DNA from: Aurantimonadaceae bacterium
GTDB taxonomy: Bacteria > Pseudomonadota > Alphaproteobacteria > Rhizobiales > Rhizobiaceae
Direction of reading: 5' to 3'
Length of the DNA stretch: 38,857 nt
Assembly: GCA_003232595.1 (NCBI GenBank)
Contig: QIIJ01000298.1
Span: 1 to 38,857, forward strand
A program made the translations under genes and the position numbers. Below the pieces are notes generated by a model. It searched no databases. It saw nothing but the letters and a program-made list of their open reading frames with translations, and had not been told where the DNA came from. This document shows positions 17,063 to 26,413 of this stretch, in pieces (within the stretch, counting starts at the first letter, position 1; each line of letters starts with the position of its first letter).

Positions 17063-18393
17063 TTTTGTTGCTCCGGCATAATTTTTTCAAGTTCGGCAAA
17101 CAGTTCTTGTGCACGAATTGCGATCTTGTTGCTATTGAGGATGGAAGCCTCTTTTTCCGGTGTGAATGCCATTTTGGGCTCATCACCGGGGTAGGTTTGC
17201 TGGCGGCTGCGCAATATCGACTTCAATTCAGCAATATCAATTGGGTCGCTTCGCAGACGCCCGACAAGAGCATCAACTGCGTCAAAGAGTTTTTGATCAT
17301 TCTTATCAAGTATAGACCGGTTGATTTTATTGAATTCCATAAATGATGCATCAAACATATCGGGCTGCACGATGCCGGATGCTGCAAAATAGAGGCTCAT
17401 TCGTGCGTGAAGCTTGTCGTTTTGGCCCATAATATCCAGAGCGCGCCGACTGCTCCAATTGGCGGTTTTTATCCGCCCGGACACTGTCGCACTGCGCGCT
17501 GTGTAAATCAGCACCCTCAATTGTTCGTTTTTATTAAGCTCCTCAGAAAATGACTGCAAATATTTCAGCACTTCCTTTTCTCTTTCCCGGGGCATGCGCA
17601 TCAGGCCAAAAGCAAAGTTCTTCAAAAAGTCCGCAAAATACAGTGATTTTCGAAAGTTACGAAGATAGCTGGATGCGTCACCGCGAAACTTCTCAAAGTT
17701 ACTGTTGTTACCGACTATTCGAAAAGATCTCCTCAGCGCAGCTTCCTCAATCAATGTACCAGGAGCCAATCTCCGGGCTTCATTGAGATACATGCTCGCA
17801 AGTTTGAGATCGGTGGACGCGGTCACCATCGACTTTGCCAACGCAAACTGCGCTGCAGCCGATGGTTGAATCAACCGGTGATCGAGAGCCAGCATGAGTT
17901 GGCGGGCTTCTGCAAAGTTGCGTTCAGCATAGGCAATTGCGGCAATTAACGGTCGCTTCGCCAGATCATCAAGCGTGCTGACCTCGACCGCCTTTATACC
18001 AACGGCCGGATTTCCACCGATCAGAACATAAATCGCCGCTGCATTCAGGTTTTTTTGCGATGACCAGACGTCTGCTTTTTGACCCAGCATCAAGCCTGAA
18101 TACTTGACTAACAGCTTGCGATAGATATTCAGCGATCCCGGTATTCCCGCGACAATCGCATCCTGCAAATGTTGCAGCTTCCGAATTAGTTGCCAGGGCT
18201 GTATCCTTTCTCCTGCTGGAGGTTTTTCCTCTGGCCGTGGTGGTATTCTTTCACCTTGCACATTTGGCGCGCCATTGTTGTGAGGAATGCCCCCAATCTC
18301 GTTTGATGAGGCAGGCGGCGTTTGAATGACAAGGAATACTGCCGCCAACGCTATTTGGGCGACAACAGTCAGCTTGCAGCGAGCGCTTTTCAT
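17059..18393 (-). CDS. motC: periplasmic motility protein MotC
   Basis: 444 aa with a signal peptide (MKSARCKLTVVAQIALAAVFLVIQTPPASS). Its position downstream of motB, overlapping it by 4 nt, is as in Sinorhizobium, Agrobacterium and Brucella. Confidence 0.75.
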   Translation of the reverse strand: MKSARCKLTVVAQIALAAVFLVIQTPPASSNEIGGIPHNNGAPNVQGERIPPRPEEKPPAGERIQPWQLIRKLQHLQDAIVAGIPGSLNIYRKLLVKYSGLMLGQKADVWSSQKNLNAAAIYVLIGGNPAVGIKAVEVSTLDDLAKRPLIAAIAYAERNFAEARQLMLALDHRLIQPSAAAQFALAKSMVTASTDLKLASMYLNEARRLAPGTLIEEAALRRSFRIVGNNSNFEKFRGDASSYLRNFRKSLYFADFLKNFAFGLMRMPREREKEVLKYLQSFSEELNKNEQLRVLIYTARSATVSGRIKTANWSSRRALDIMGQNDKLHARMSLYFAASGIVQPDMFDASFMEFNKINRSILDKNDQKLFDAVDALVGRLRSDPIDIAELKSILRSRQQTYPGDEPKMAFTPEKEASILNSNKIAIRAQELFAELEKIMPEQQK

Positions 18394-19598
18394 TGGAGGC
18401 TGAGATACAGTTCGATTCTGCGGTTTACTGCGGCATAAGGTTCATCAGGCTTGACCAGTTTGCCCGCAGCATATCCTTCTATTTTCTCAACCCTCTCCTC
18501 CTGTAGCCCGCCATTTACAAGCATGTAATAAGCCATGTGAGCTCTGGCCGTAGAAAGCCGCCAGTTGTCGTAGTGTTTTGAGCGGTACTTTCTGCCGTCG
18601 GTATGACCGGCGATAGTAACCTGTCCTTCCTGTTTGGAAAGAATCTTGCCAATGCCAGACATAATCCTGACAAGCTCAGCTGTGGGGCGTGCGGAGCCGA
18701 CGTTGAACATCCCGGTTTTGCTGTAATCTGACAAGGTTACCAATACACCTTTATCCTGTAGCTGGATTTCGACTTTTGGCGCTTCTACTCCAGATGAGTT
18801 CAATACACGCAGTGTGGCTTTTCGAATTCCATCAACAATTTCTTTGTTTTTGGCGTCTTCTTTTTCTTCGGCGGTTTCCGGTTTATCATCGGGCTTAATT
18901 CCCGCTTTGTATTTTTCTCCCTCTTTTATTACTTCATTGTCCTTGATGTTATCATCAGATTTTTGGATCTGCTGGTTCGCCATTGCGGTATTTTTGTCTG
19001 CCAGTTCGGGATTATTTGCTTTGTCCTCCCGGGCACTGAAGTTCAAATTCCAAGCTGACGGGTCGAACGGATCCTGGAATGCAATACCTCCAGATAAACC
19101 CATGCCGACGCTTCTTTGCGCATCGCGAGATACCACTTTATCTGTTCCGTTTTCCTGCGTATTAATGCCTGCTGCAATTTCCGCCAGAAGAGCATAGGGG
19201 TCAGTAAAAAGCGCCTTTTCTTCAAAAGTTTCGGCAACGCCCTCTTTCCTGACTATTGTGTTCGATGGTCCGGTAACTACAGTGCTGGTATTTTCCGGCT
19301 CGTCCTTTACATTGGTATTTGATCCATATTTGGGGCTGCGTACTCCCTTTGGGTTGGACGTGCGGTCCATAAGCTTAATTGGGTTGAAATAGCTGGCAAC
19401 AGCTTTTTTGGTCTCTTCATTTGACGCATTGATCAGCCACATCACCAGGAAAAAGGCCATCATGGCAGTCATGAAGTCTGCAAAGGCAATTTTCCAAACA
19501 CCGCCGTGGTGTTCATCATGATCATTCAAGCTGCGTCGAACAATAATAATTTCATTATGGGAGTGGTTATTTGCATCCACGAATTCCGGCTTCTCCAA
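18390..19598 (-). CDS. motB: flagellar stator protein MotB (long form)
   Basis: 402 aa. The TM helix carries the conserved Asp (WKIAFADFMTAMMAFFLVMWL). A long Lys/Glu/Asp-rich linker follows. The C-terminus is OmpA-like (VTIAGHTDGRKY...NWRLSTARAHMAYYML...NRRIEL). The start codon is TTG at 19598, immediately after an in-frame stop, so the exact start is uncertain. Confidence 0.9.
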   Translation of the reverse strand: MEKPEFVDANNHSHNEIIIVRRSLNDHDEHHGGVWKIAFADFMTAMMAFFLVMWLINASNEETKKAVASYFNPIKLMDRTSNPKGVRSPKYGSNTNVKDEPENTSTVVTGPSNTIVRKEGVAETFEEKALFTDPYALLAEIAAGINTQENGTDKVVSRDAQRSVGMGLSGGIAFQDPFDPSAWNLNFSAREDKANNPELADKNTAMANQQIQKSDDNIKDNEVIKEGEKYKAGIKPDDKPETAEEKEDAKNKEIVDGIRKATLRVLNSSGVEAPKVEIQLQDKGVLVTLSDYSKTGMFNVGSARPTAELVRIMSGIGKILSKQEGQVTIAGHTDGRKYRSKHYDNWRLSTARAHMAYYMLVNGGLQEERVEKIEGYAAGKLVKPDEPYAAVNRRIELYLSLQ

Positions 19599-19657
19599 TT
19601 ATGACGTCCACTTGCTGGCTTTTCACCCAAAGGAAGTTAATATTGACTCATTTGGTA

Positions 19658-21346
19658 TTACACTTTCGATTGTTCCTGAAGGTCGACTTTAAGCCAATGT
19701 TTTATTGCCAGGGCCGCCCGTTCTTCGCTTTGTGAAATCATCTTTTCAAGCTGCTCCCTGATTTTCAGATCACGTAAATTGGCCTCATCCAGATTGAATT
19801 TCAGCGTGTCAGCAAGATCTGGTTCCGCAGAGCCAGAATGCTCAATCGCAGTCAAATCGCCCTGATCGCGGGTATTTACTCCATCGGTATTCTCATTGTT
19901 CAGGGGTAACGAAAGTGGTGGCATTGCGGGAGTATCAAGCGGTTGGCGTTGAAGAAACGCGATCAATGGTTTAATGCCGAGCAATGCCAAAACAAGTGCG
20001 CCAATTATCAATCCGGCAGCGTTTATAATTGAGCCGAAATGAGTGTTCAGGAAAACCATTATCCCGTCGGGTGCGGGCTCGCTGCCAGCAATCTCGTCCG
20101 GGAGAAATTCTACAAAACTGACCTTAATCTGATCGTTTCTCTCTTCAGATAAAGAAAGAGATGATCGAACAATGTCTTCGATCTCCCTTGTCTTTTCATC
20201 AATAGCATTTTGATCAGCACCGCTTCCCAGCAATTCCGTTATTCGGGCTTTGTTTACGACAAGGGCAACCGAAAGCCGTTTAATTTGATACCCATCGCTT
20301 ATTTGAGATATTTTTTTCGTATTGATTTCGTAGTTGGTTGTTTCTTCTCGTCGATCTTTGTTTTCCTGCGATGTTTGCCCCGATCCTGCTGATTGCGCCT
20401 CATCCGGCAAGTTCTGCACCACAGTGGTCGGCTGGCTTGTAGCCTTGTTTTCAGAAGTACCGCTCTCGCGGATTGTTTGAATGGAACGTTCAACGCGTGA
20501 GTCTGGATCATAGACTGTTTCATCGATGCGGCGTTTGTCGCCGCTCAGCTTGGCCGTAACTGAAATCCTGAAATTAGAACTGCCCAAATGAGCGCCCAGA
20601 GCTGTAACAACCTTTCTCTCGGCCATTTGCTCAAAGTTTTGTTCCAATTCCACCAGCCGGGTAATCCCGCCACCATCTCCCTCTCCTCTGGCTGTCAACA
20701 AAGTACCGTCCGCACCGACAATGGTCACATTGCCCGTTTCCAGCCCTGGAACAGCTGCTGCCACCAAATGGCTAATTGCCTGTATCGTTTTGGAAGGAAG
20801 CCGCCCGAAAGATTTAATGACCAGAGAGGCGGTTGGAGGTCGATTTTTGTCTCTTCGAAAAACATTTTTCTCGGCTGTAACCAAATGCACCCTTGCGGAT
20901 TTTACTCCAGAAATCATCTGAATGGTTCTGGCCAGTTCTCCCTGGATCGCCCGCTTGTTTGTCACATCCTGCATGAACGACGTGAGGCCGAGAGTATTTA
21001 CCTTGTCAAAAAGCTCGTATCCACTTTTTGAACTGGATGGCAATCCAAATTCCGCAAGCGACATACGTGCTTTGGCAACCATACCCGGACCTACAGCAAT
21101 CGATCCGTTGTCGCTTGAAACGACAAAGTTGATCCCCCCTTCCGAGAGGATGCGACTCATATTGTTGATATCTTGCTGGGAAAGGTTGGAATACAACGAT
21201 ACTGTGGCTGGTTTGTTCAAGTAGGCTGTAAGCGCGAAAACGCCTATTACGAGTAGAGACAACACCAACCCCAGCCCGATCTGTTTGCGACGGTCCAGTG
21301 CAACAAGATTGCTTAGCAGGTCTTCAAATTGTTGAGTGAGTTTCAT
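19658..21346 (-). CDS. fliF: flagellar MS-ring protein FliF
   Basis: 562 aa. It has an N-terminal TM helix, a YscJ/FliF periplasmic domain (GLPSSSKSGYELFDK...GLTSFMQDVTNKRAIQGELARTI...SARVHL) and a second TM helix near the C-terminus. Confidence 0.95.
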   Translation of the reverse strand: MKLTQQFEDLLSNLVALDRRKQIGLGLVLSLLVIGVFALTAYLNKPATVSLYSNLSQQDINNMSRILSEGGINFVVSSDNGSIAVGPGMVAKARMSLAEFGLPSSSKSGYELFDKVNTLGLTSFMQDVTNKRAIQGELARTIQMISGVKSARVHLVTAEKNVFRRDKNRPPTASLVIKSFGRLPSKTIQAISHLVAAAVPGLETGNVTIVGADGTLLTARGEGDGGGITRLVELEQNFEQMAERKVVTALGAHLGSSNFRISVTAKLSGDKRRIDETVYDPDSRVERSIQTIRESGTSENKATSQPTTVVQNLPDEAQSAGSGQTSQENKDRREETTNYEINTKKISQISDGYQIKRLSVALVVNKARITELLGSGADQNAIDEKTREIEDIVRSSLSLSEERNDQIKVSFVEFLPDEIAGSEPAPDGIMVFLNTHFGSIINAAGLIIGALVLALLGIKPLIAFLQRQPLDTPAMPPLSLPLNNENTDGVNTRDQGDLTAIEHSGSAEPDLADTLKFNLDEANLRDLKIREQLEKMISQSEERAALAIKHWLKVDLQEQSKV

Positions 21347-21421
21347 TGAAATTTCGCCATCAGCCAGCCCATTTAATCAGGGCCAGAATTTGGACCCGAA
21401 AGCTTGCCTGAATATTGCGGC

Positions 21422-21458
21422 ACAAAAAAAGCTGCCGTCAGGGGGTCGACGGCAGCTT
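21422..21458 (-). terminator. rho-independent terminator of the flagellin gene
   Basis: The minus-strand RNA reads AAGCUGCCGUC-GACCCCCU-GACGGCAGCUU followed by UUUUUGUG. That is a GC-rich 9-11 bp stem with an 8-nt loop and a U tract, starting about 23 nt after the flagellin stop. Confidence 0.8.
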
Positions 21459-21480
21459 CCAGGATTGTTCTGATTAAACG

Positions 21481-22398
21481 CTATCTGAACAATGCCAGGA
21501 TATTCTGGCTGTTGCCATTGGCAATTGACAGAGCCTGAATTCCAAGTTGTTGCTGCACTTGAAGTGCCTGCAATTTGGTCGATTCCTCGTTCATGTCTGC
21601 GTCGACAAGCTGGCCAATACCACGCTCAATGGCATTCATCAGATTGCTTATAAAGTCTTTCTGCAAGTCAACCCGGGATTGAACAGCACCGAGGTTTGTA
21701 GCAGCCGTGGTCATTTCTGTGATTGCGGTGTCGACGCCGGAAATATATTCTTCCAATGTCGTCAGATCTGCTGCGGCATCGGTGAGCGCAGAAATATCAA
21801 TCGTTGATACTTTGAAAGTTGAGCCACCCACCGTACGGTCCTGGTCAACGATACCGGACTGGTCGTCGGCGTCATAAAGTTCGGTAGCCGTAATATCGAT
21901 AGATATCGTGCCGACAGATACTCCGCTAGATGTGCGGTTAAAGGATGAAACAATCGACTTGGTTGCATTATAACCGGCATCTCCAGAGTCCACTGACAAC
22001 CAGTTTTCGCCAGAAAATGCGGCGGAATCGGCAATTGACTGTAACTGGTTCTGCAATTCAGTTATTTCCGACTGAACCTTGACACGATCAATACCGGGTT
22101 CACGGGCGGCGACAAGTTTCTTTTTGATCTCGTCGGTAACTTCGATTGCAGACACGATTGCCGTTGAAGCGACATCAATTGTTGCTGCCCCCAGTCCCAA
22201 AGCATCCTGAACTGTGGAAAGTGCCTTGTTGTCCGATCTCATTGTCGTTGCAATCGACCAATAAGCGGCATTGTCTTTTGCGGAGTTAACACGAAAACCG
22301 GTCGAAATGGCGTTCTGTGTAGCGTCCATTTTTTTGTTTGTTGCATTCAATGCCATAAGTGCTGTCATTGCGGAAGTATTTGTATTTATGCTGGCCAT
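21481..22398 (-). CDS. fliC: flagellin (single copy in this window)
   Basis: 305 aa. The N-terminus is MASINTNTSAMTALMALNATNKKMDATQNAISTGFRVNSAKDNAAYWSIATTMRSD. The C-terminus is LQALQVQQQLGIQALSIANGNSQNILALFR. These are alphaproteobacterial-type flagellin termini. The SD is AAGAGGGA. Confidence 0.95.
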   Translation of the reverse strand: MASINTNTSAMTALMALNATNKKMDATQNAISTGFRVNSAKDNAAYWSIATTMRSDNKALSTVQDALGLGAATIDVASTAIVSAIEVTDEIKKKLVAAREPGIDRVKVQSEITELQNQLQSIADSAAFSGENWLSVDSGDAGYNATKSIVSSFNRTSSGVSVGTISIDITATELYDADDQSGIVDQDRTVGGSTFKVSTIDISALTDAAADLTTLEEYISGVDTAITEMTTAATNLGAVQSRVDLQKDFISNLMNAIERGIGQLVDADMNEESTKLQALQVQQQLGIQALSIANGNSQNILALFR

Positions 22399-22566
22399 GA
22401 TTAGTCCCTCTTAATCTCTGTTACTGATTACTCGAACATTCCGGATCGCCCGGTAAGACATCATGGCTTCATGCCGACAAACCTGTTCTTGTTTCAGGTT
22501 TGGTGCCTTGTGAATACCCCAAGTTAGGTTGAAATAGTAAATAAACTATCTACCTATGAGTGTATT

Positions 22567-23304
22567 TTAGAAATCAACAGAATTAAGCAACTGGCCGACG
22601 ATTATGTTCCATCCATCGATCAAAACAAAAAACAGAACCTTGAAAGGCAGCGAAACCACCGTTGGAGGAAGCATTAACATGCCCATGGCCATAGTTACGG
22701 TTGCAACCACCAAATCTATTACAAGGAAAGGCAGCAAAATTAAAAAACCTATTTCAAATCCGCGCCTTAGCTCTGAAATCATAAAGGCTGGGATGACGAT
22801 TCTCATGCCTGGTTCGCTCTCTTCCGTATCCCCCAGTTCATTTCGTTTGCTGAAATCTGAAAATAGCGCAATATCTTTGTCTCGAACGTGTCGCAGCATG
22901 AATTTTTTTAAAGGTGCAGAAATTTTTTCCAGGGCTTCTTCCTGTGAGATTTTATTTTCTATCAAAGGCTGAACCCCGTCATTCCATGATTTTTCGAAAA
23001 CCGGCGCCATTACAAAATAGGTCATAAATATAGACAGCGATATGACAATCAAATTGGAAGGTGTAGACTGCAGGCCCAGACCGCTGCGTAGAAAGGAAAA
23101 GGCAATAACAAACCGTGTAAAGGAGGTTGTGGTTACGAGAAGGCCCGGTGCAATTGACAAAACTGTCAACAACACCATGCCCTGGATAATTCGTCCCGAC
23201 AAAGTACCGCCACCATCTGGTATGATATCTGAAAGGTTCAGCCCCTGCGCTTGAACCACATCAGCAGTCGTCAGCGAGATTATAGCAAAAATCAAAAGCC
23301 TCAT
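22567..23304 (-). CDS. fliP: flagellar export apparatus protein FliP
   Basis: 245 aa with a signal-like N-terminus. FliP motifs are TSFTRFVIAFSFLRSGLGLQSTPSN and FMISELRRGFEIGFLILLPFLVIDLVVATVTMAMGMLMLPP. It overlaps fliL by ATGA. Confidence 0.95.
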   Translation of the reverse strand: MRLLIFAIISLTTADVVQAQGLNLSDIIPDGGGTLSGRIIQGMVLLTVLSIAPGLLVTTTSFTRFVIAFSFLRSGLGLQSTPSNLIVISLSIFMTYFVMAPVFEKSWNDGVQPLIENKISQEEALEKISAPLKKFMLRHVRDKDIALFSDFSKRNELGDTEESEPGMRIVIPAFMISELRRGFEIGFLILLPFLVIDLVVATVTMAMGMLMLPPTVVSLPFKVLFFVLIDGWNIIVGQLLNSVDF

Positions 23305-23816
23305 TCTACCACCAGTGTCGAGATCATCACATCATCGACCTTGCCATCGGTTGAAAGCCGGGCACGATCCAACAGGTCATCTTTCAGGTGCAGGAATCCG
23401 CTGGGGCCAGATATCTGGCTGAGCGTGATGTTTCTTAGAAAGGCTGCAATATCACTTGCAATTCTACCTTTCACTACCGGATCTTTCAGATCGGCATCAC
23501 CGTCTGCAACCACGGCCATTTCAATGCGAAGCCACGTGTTCTGGCTACCACTCAATCCAACGATAATTGGGCCCAATGCAACAATGGTCTTTCCAGCAGG
23601 CACATTTTCTGCTTCCTCCTTAGTATCGCCTGCTTTGGTTTCAGTGCCGGTTTTTTCCTCAATTTTCAAATCGGCATTCCTTGGCGGCAACAGTTTTGCA
23701 CCGACAAACCAACCAGCGCCAACAGCCAGAACAGATACCAGAGCCAAGGCTATGATAAATGTCATCATGGATTGTGAATCTGCCGGTTTGTCTTGTTTAA
23801 CCACAGCTGCTGCCAT
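23301..23816 (-). CDS. fliL: flagellar basal-body-associated protein FliL
   Basis: 171 aa with one TM helix (MMTFIIALALVSVLAVGAGWFVG). The FliL domain is IVALGPIIVGLSGSQNTWLRIEMAVVAD...LKDDLLDRARL...VDDVMISTLVVE. It sits upstream of fliP. Confidence 0.88.
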   Translation of the reverse strand: MAAAVVKQDKPADSQSMMTFIIALALVSVLAVGAGWFVGAKLLPPRNADLKIEEKTGTETKAGDTKEEAENVPAGKTIVALGPIIVGLSGSQNTWLRIEMAVVADGDADLKDPVVKGRIASDIAAFLRNITLSQISGPSGFLHLKDDLLDRARLSTDGKVDDVMISTLVVE

Positions 23817-23819
23817 GCG

Positions 23820-24599
23820 CTAATACTCCCGCCTGTAGGGCATTGGCGTCGGCGATTGCGATGGCAACCACTGTGATGTACGACGTGGTCTTGTATTGTT
23901 ACCGCCATATGAAATTCTCGCCTCTGCCACCTTTTCGTAAGGAATTGTGTTGTTCGGCAGGATATCTTTTGAACGAACGATTCCTTCAACGGTCAATATC
24001 CGCAACTCGCGATTGACCCGAACTTCCTGTGATCCGGATATTTTGAGATTTCCGTTTGCAGATGCGGCAACAACGATCGCAGCAACTTGCAAGCGAATAT
24101 TTTCAGATCGATTGACGGTGCCACTCTTTTCAGCACCCAGTTTGCCATTGAGCGATGCATCAATTGAGGCATCTGGATTAAAGCCTGAGGGAAGAGTAAA
24201 GGTGCCTGAACCACCAAGCGCACCCGATATAGACCCGTCCCTTTTTGACCTGTTATCAAACTTTGCACTGTCATTCATAGTGATGCTGACAGTCAATATA
24301 TCACCAATTTCGTAAGCCCGAGTGTCGCGAAAATATATGCTGTCCCGTTTATTCCACAGCGCATTGTCGGTCATAACTGTTCTTTGTGGTGCCAAAGCTG
24401 CATTCGGTTTCCGCACCATTGCCAAACCTGGAACAGCAATTTGAGCACTGATCCTGGAAAGGGCTGGAGGCTTGCCTATATCCGTCAGGAGCAGATTGCA
24501 TCCTGTGAGGACAAGCGCCATCAAAGACAGCGCCACAATTTTACCAATGCTATTTGAAATCGAGCGAAATAGCTGTTTGGCGGGAAGAATGTGAAGCAT
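23820..24599 (-). CDS. flgH: flagellar L-ring lipoprotein FlgH
   Basis: FlgH core motifs are ALWNKRDSIYFRDTRAYEIGDILTV and ISGSQEVRVNRELRILTVEGIVRSKDI. A lipobox LVLTGC follows the signal peptide. I start it at ATG 24599 (259 aa). The TTG 24743 start would add 48 non-signal residues and overlap motE. Confidence 0.88.
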   Translation of the reverse strand: MLHILPAKQLFRSISNSIGKIVALSLMALVLTGCNLLLTDIGKPPALSRISAQIAVPGLAMVRKPNAALAPQRTVMTDNALWNKRDSIYFRDTRAYEIGDILTVSITMNDSAKFDNRSKRDGSISGALGGSGTFTLPSGFNPDASIDASLNGKLGAEKSGTVNRSENIRLQVAAIVVAASANGNLKISGSQEVRVNRELRILTVEGIVRSKDILPNNTIPYEKVAEARISYGGNNTRPRRTSQWLPSQSPTPMPYRREY

Positions 24600-24714
24600 C
24601 GCCAGCTCGCTGCAGTTCAGCGTTTGCAAAAGGGTTTGGTCCAACGGGCAATGCTGGATTTGCCAAAAGACAGGTAGTCCGATGACATTTACATTTTTGA
24701 ATTTGTGCGGGGCT

Positions 24715-25275
24715 TTATTTGGAATTAGTGTCATCTGTTTCAACAGCGCTGGTCAATACAGTTGCGATCTTTGCCGCATCTGCCGGTTTCATTTCAGTGA
24801 GAATTGAACTTGATATCTTGGGTTCAAGTTTGAAGATTATCGAAGCCGCGAGTACGGGCCCAAGCTCTGTCAGTTGCAGCGCTGCCGCATCGGCTCGCAT
24901 TGACTGGAAAATGCTGACCAGTGATTCATTACCGGTTTTCAGAAATTGTTCTCTTCTCAATGTCCAGCTTCGAAGTTCCTCTATCCGAACAGCAAGCTTT
25001 TTGAGCTTTCCTTCAACTCTGATTTCTATGGAATTCAGATTCTTGCTTAATATTGAATTTCTCGTTTCGGTTGCGGCATCGGATATATTGATGCAATAGC
25101 TGAGCATTTTATTGTCTCGCATAATTGAGCCGGTGATCAGGTCACTATCAACTCCGTCCATTTGCAGCACATCAATTTTTTCTGGTACTTTCTCACCGTG
25201 CTCTTGTGCCTGAGACACAAATCCACCAGCCGCAGCCACAAATATCAACGCGTATGTCAAAGGTGCTTTTTTCAC
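24715..25275 (-). CDS. motE: MotE-family periplasmic protein (MotC chaperone type)
   Basis: 186 aa with a signal peptide (MKKAPLTYALIFVAAAGGFVSQA). It has a single Cys (SYCINIS) in the N-terminal third, a coiled coil, and a C-terminal MgtE_N-like segment (IFQSMRADAAALQLTELGPVLAASIIFKLEPKISSSILTEMKPADAAKIATVL). It lies between flgI and flgH, where I recall this gene class sitting in other Rhizobiales. Confidence 0.65.
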   Translation of the reverse strand: MKKAPLTYALIFVAAAGGFVSQAQEHGEKVPEKIDVLQMDGVDSDLITGSIMRDNKMLSYCINISDAATETRNSILSKNLNSIEIRVEGKLKKLAVRIEELRSWTLRREQFLKTGNESLVSIFQSMRADAAALQLTELGPVLAASIIFKLEPKISSSILTEMKPADAAKIATVLTSAVETDDTNSK

Positions 25276-25297
25276 TTTTTTTCTCCCAATATATTAC

Positions 25298-26413
25298 CTA
25301 TTGAACGACCAAATCAGCCTGCAAAGCTCCAACCGACTTGATACCCTGCAGAATCGCGATGATCCCTGCTGGTTTTGCTCCCATTCTATTGAGTCCCTTG
25401 ACCAATTGCTGAAGATCAGGTCCCTCAACGATGGCAACGGAGGATCCACCCTCCGCAATGCCGATAAAAGTACTTGGCTCAACGACCGTTTCTCCATTCG
25501 AAAACGGTGAAGGCTGGGATGTTTGCGGGACCTCGGTTACACTGATGGTTAAACCGCCATGTGTAATGGCCACTCTGGAAATTTTGACTTTTGATCCGAT
25601 GATGACCGTCCCGGTACGTTCATCAACCACAATTCTTGCCGGCATGTCAGGCTCGATCATTAGCCTGCCGATGAGTGCAAAAAAACGCGTTGGAGAAACT
25701 GATTCAGGAACCCTGACAACAACGTTTTGGAGATCGCTTTCGGATGCCAGCTTCATGCGGAACCTGTTGACCGTAAATTGATTAATACGATCAGCAATGG
25801 CAACGGCGGTATCAAAATCGGGGTTTTTCAACTGCAATACCAGCTTTTTTTCCTTGTTCAGATTCCCGGGCGCTGGTGTCTCAACCATGCCACCATTGGG
25901 GATACGGGCCGCCGTCGGGTTGTTGCTGATTATATCGGCGGCATCTCCTCCGGCAGCGAAACCGCTGACAATCAATCTGCCCTGGGCGGATGCATATATC
26001 CTTGCATCTCCACCAAGTAATGGTGTAAAAATCAATGTCCCGCCGCGTAACGAAGTTGCGTCACCCATTGATGATATATTGACATCAATCTTAGTGCCCT
26101 TGTTGGCGAATGCCGGCAGTTTGGCGGTAACCAGCACTGCCGCAACATTCTTGGTACGCAAACTGTTTGTTGTTCTGCCGATGCCCAGTTTGTCGAGCAT
26201 CGACTTTATTGAAGCTTCGGTGAACGGGGAGTTGCGCAGGGAATCGCCGGTAGCATTGAGTCCTATAACCAGGCCGTAGCCCAATAGCTGGTTCTCCCTC
26301 GCCCCCTGCAATTCCACGATATCCTTGATGCGAACTTCGCCTGCCGCTGAAATAATCATCATCGACAAACAGCAAAAACCCGCGACAACTCGATTGGTTA
26401 TTGCCGACATCAT
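25298..26413 (-). CDS. flgI: flagellar P-ring protein FlgI
   Basis: 371 aa with a signal peptide. FlgI motifs are RIKDIVELQGARENQLLGYGLVIGLNATGD and LVKGLNRMGAKPAGIIAILQGIKSVGALQADLVV. Confidence 0.95.
   Translation of the reverse strand: MMSAITNRVVAGFCCLSMMIISAAGEVRIKDIVELQGARENQLLGYGLVIGLNATGDSLRNSPFTEASIKSMLDKLGIGRTTNSLRTKNVAAVLVTAKLPAFANKGTKIDVNISSMGDATSLRGGTLIFTPLLGGDARIYASAQGRLIVSGFAAGGDAADIISNNPTAARIPNGGMVETPAPGNLNKEKKLVLQLKNPDFDTAVAIADRINQFTVNRFRMKLASESDLQNVVVRVPESVSPTRFFALIGRLMIEPDMPARIVVDERTGTVIIGSKVKISRVAITHGGLTISVTEVPQTSQPSPFSNGETVVEPSTFIGIAEGGSSVAIVEGPDLQQLVKGLNRMGAKPAGIIAILQGIKSVGALQADLVVQ

Noticed and set aside
22399-22566. A sigma-28 (FliA) class III promoter upstream of the flagellin gene.
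   Set aside because: I scanned the minus strand for TAAA-N15-GCCGATAA and found no acceptable match. No fliA or flgM is in the window, consistent with Rhizobiales-type regulation.
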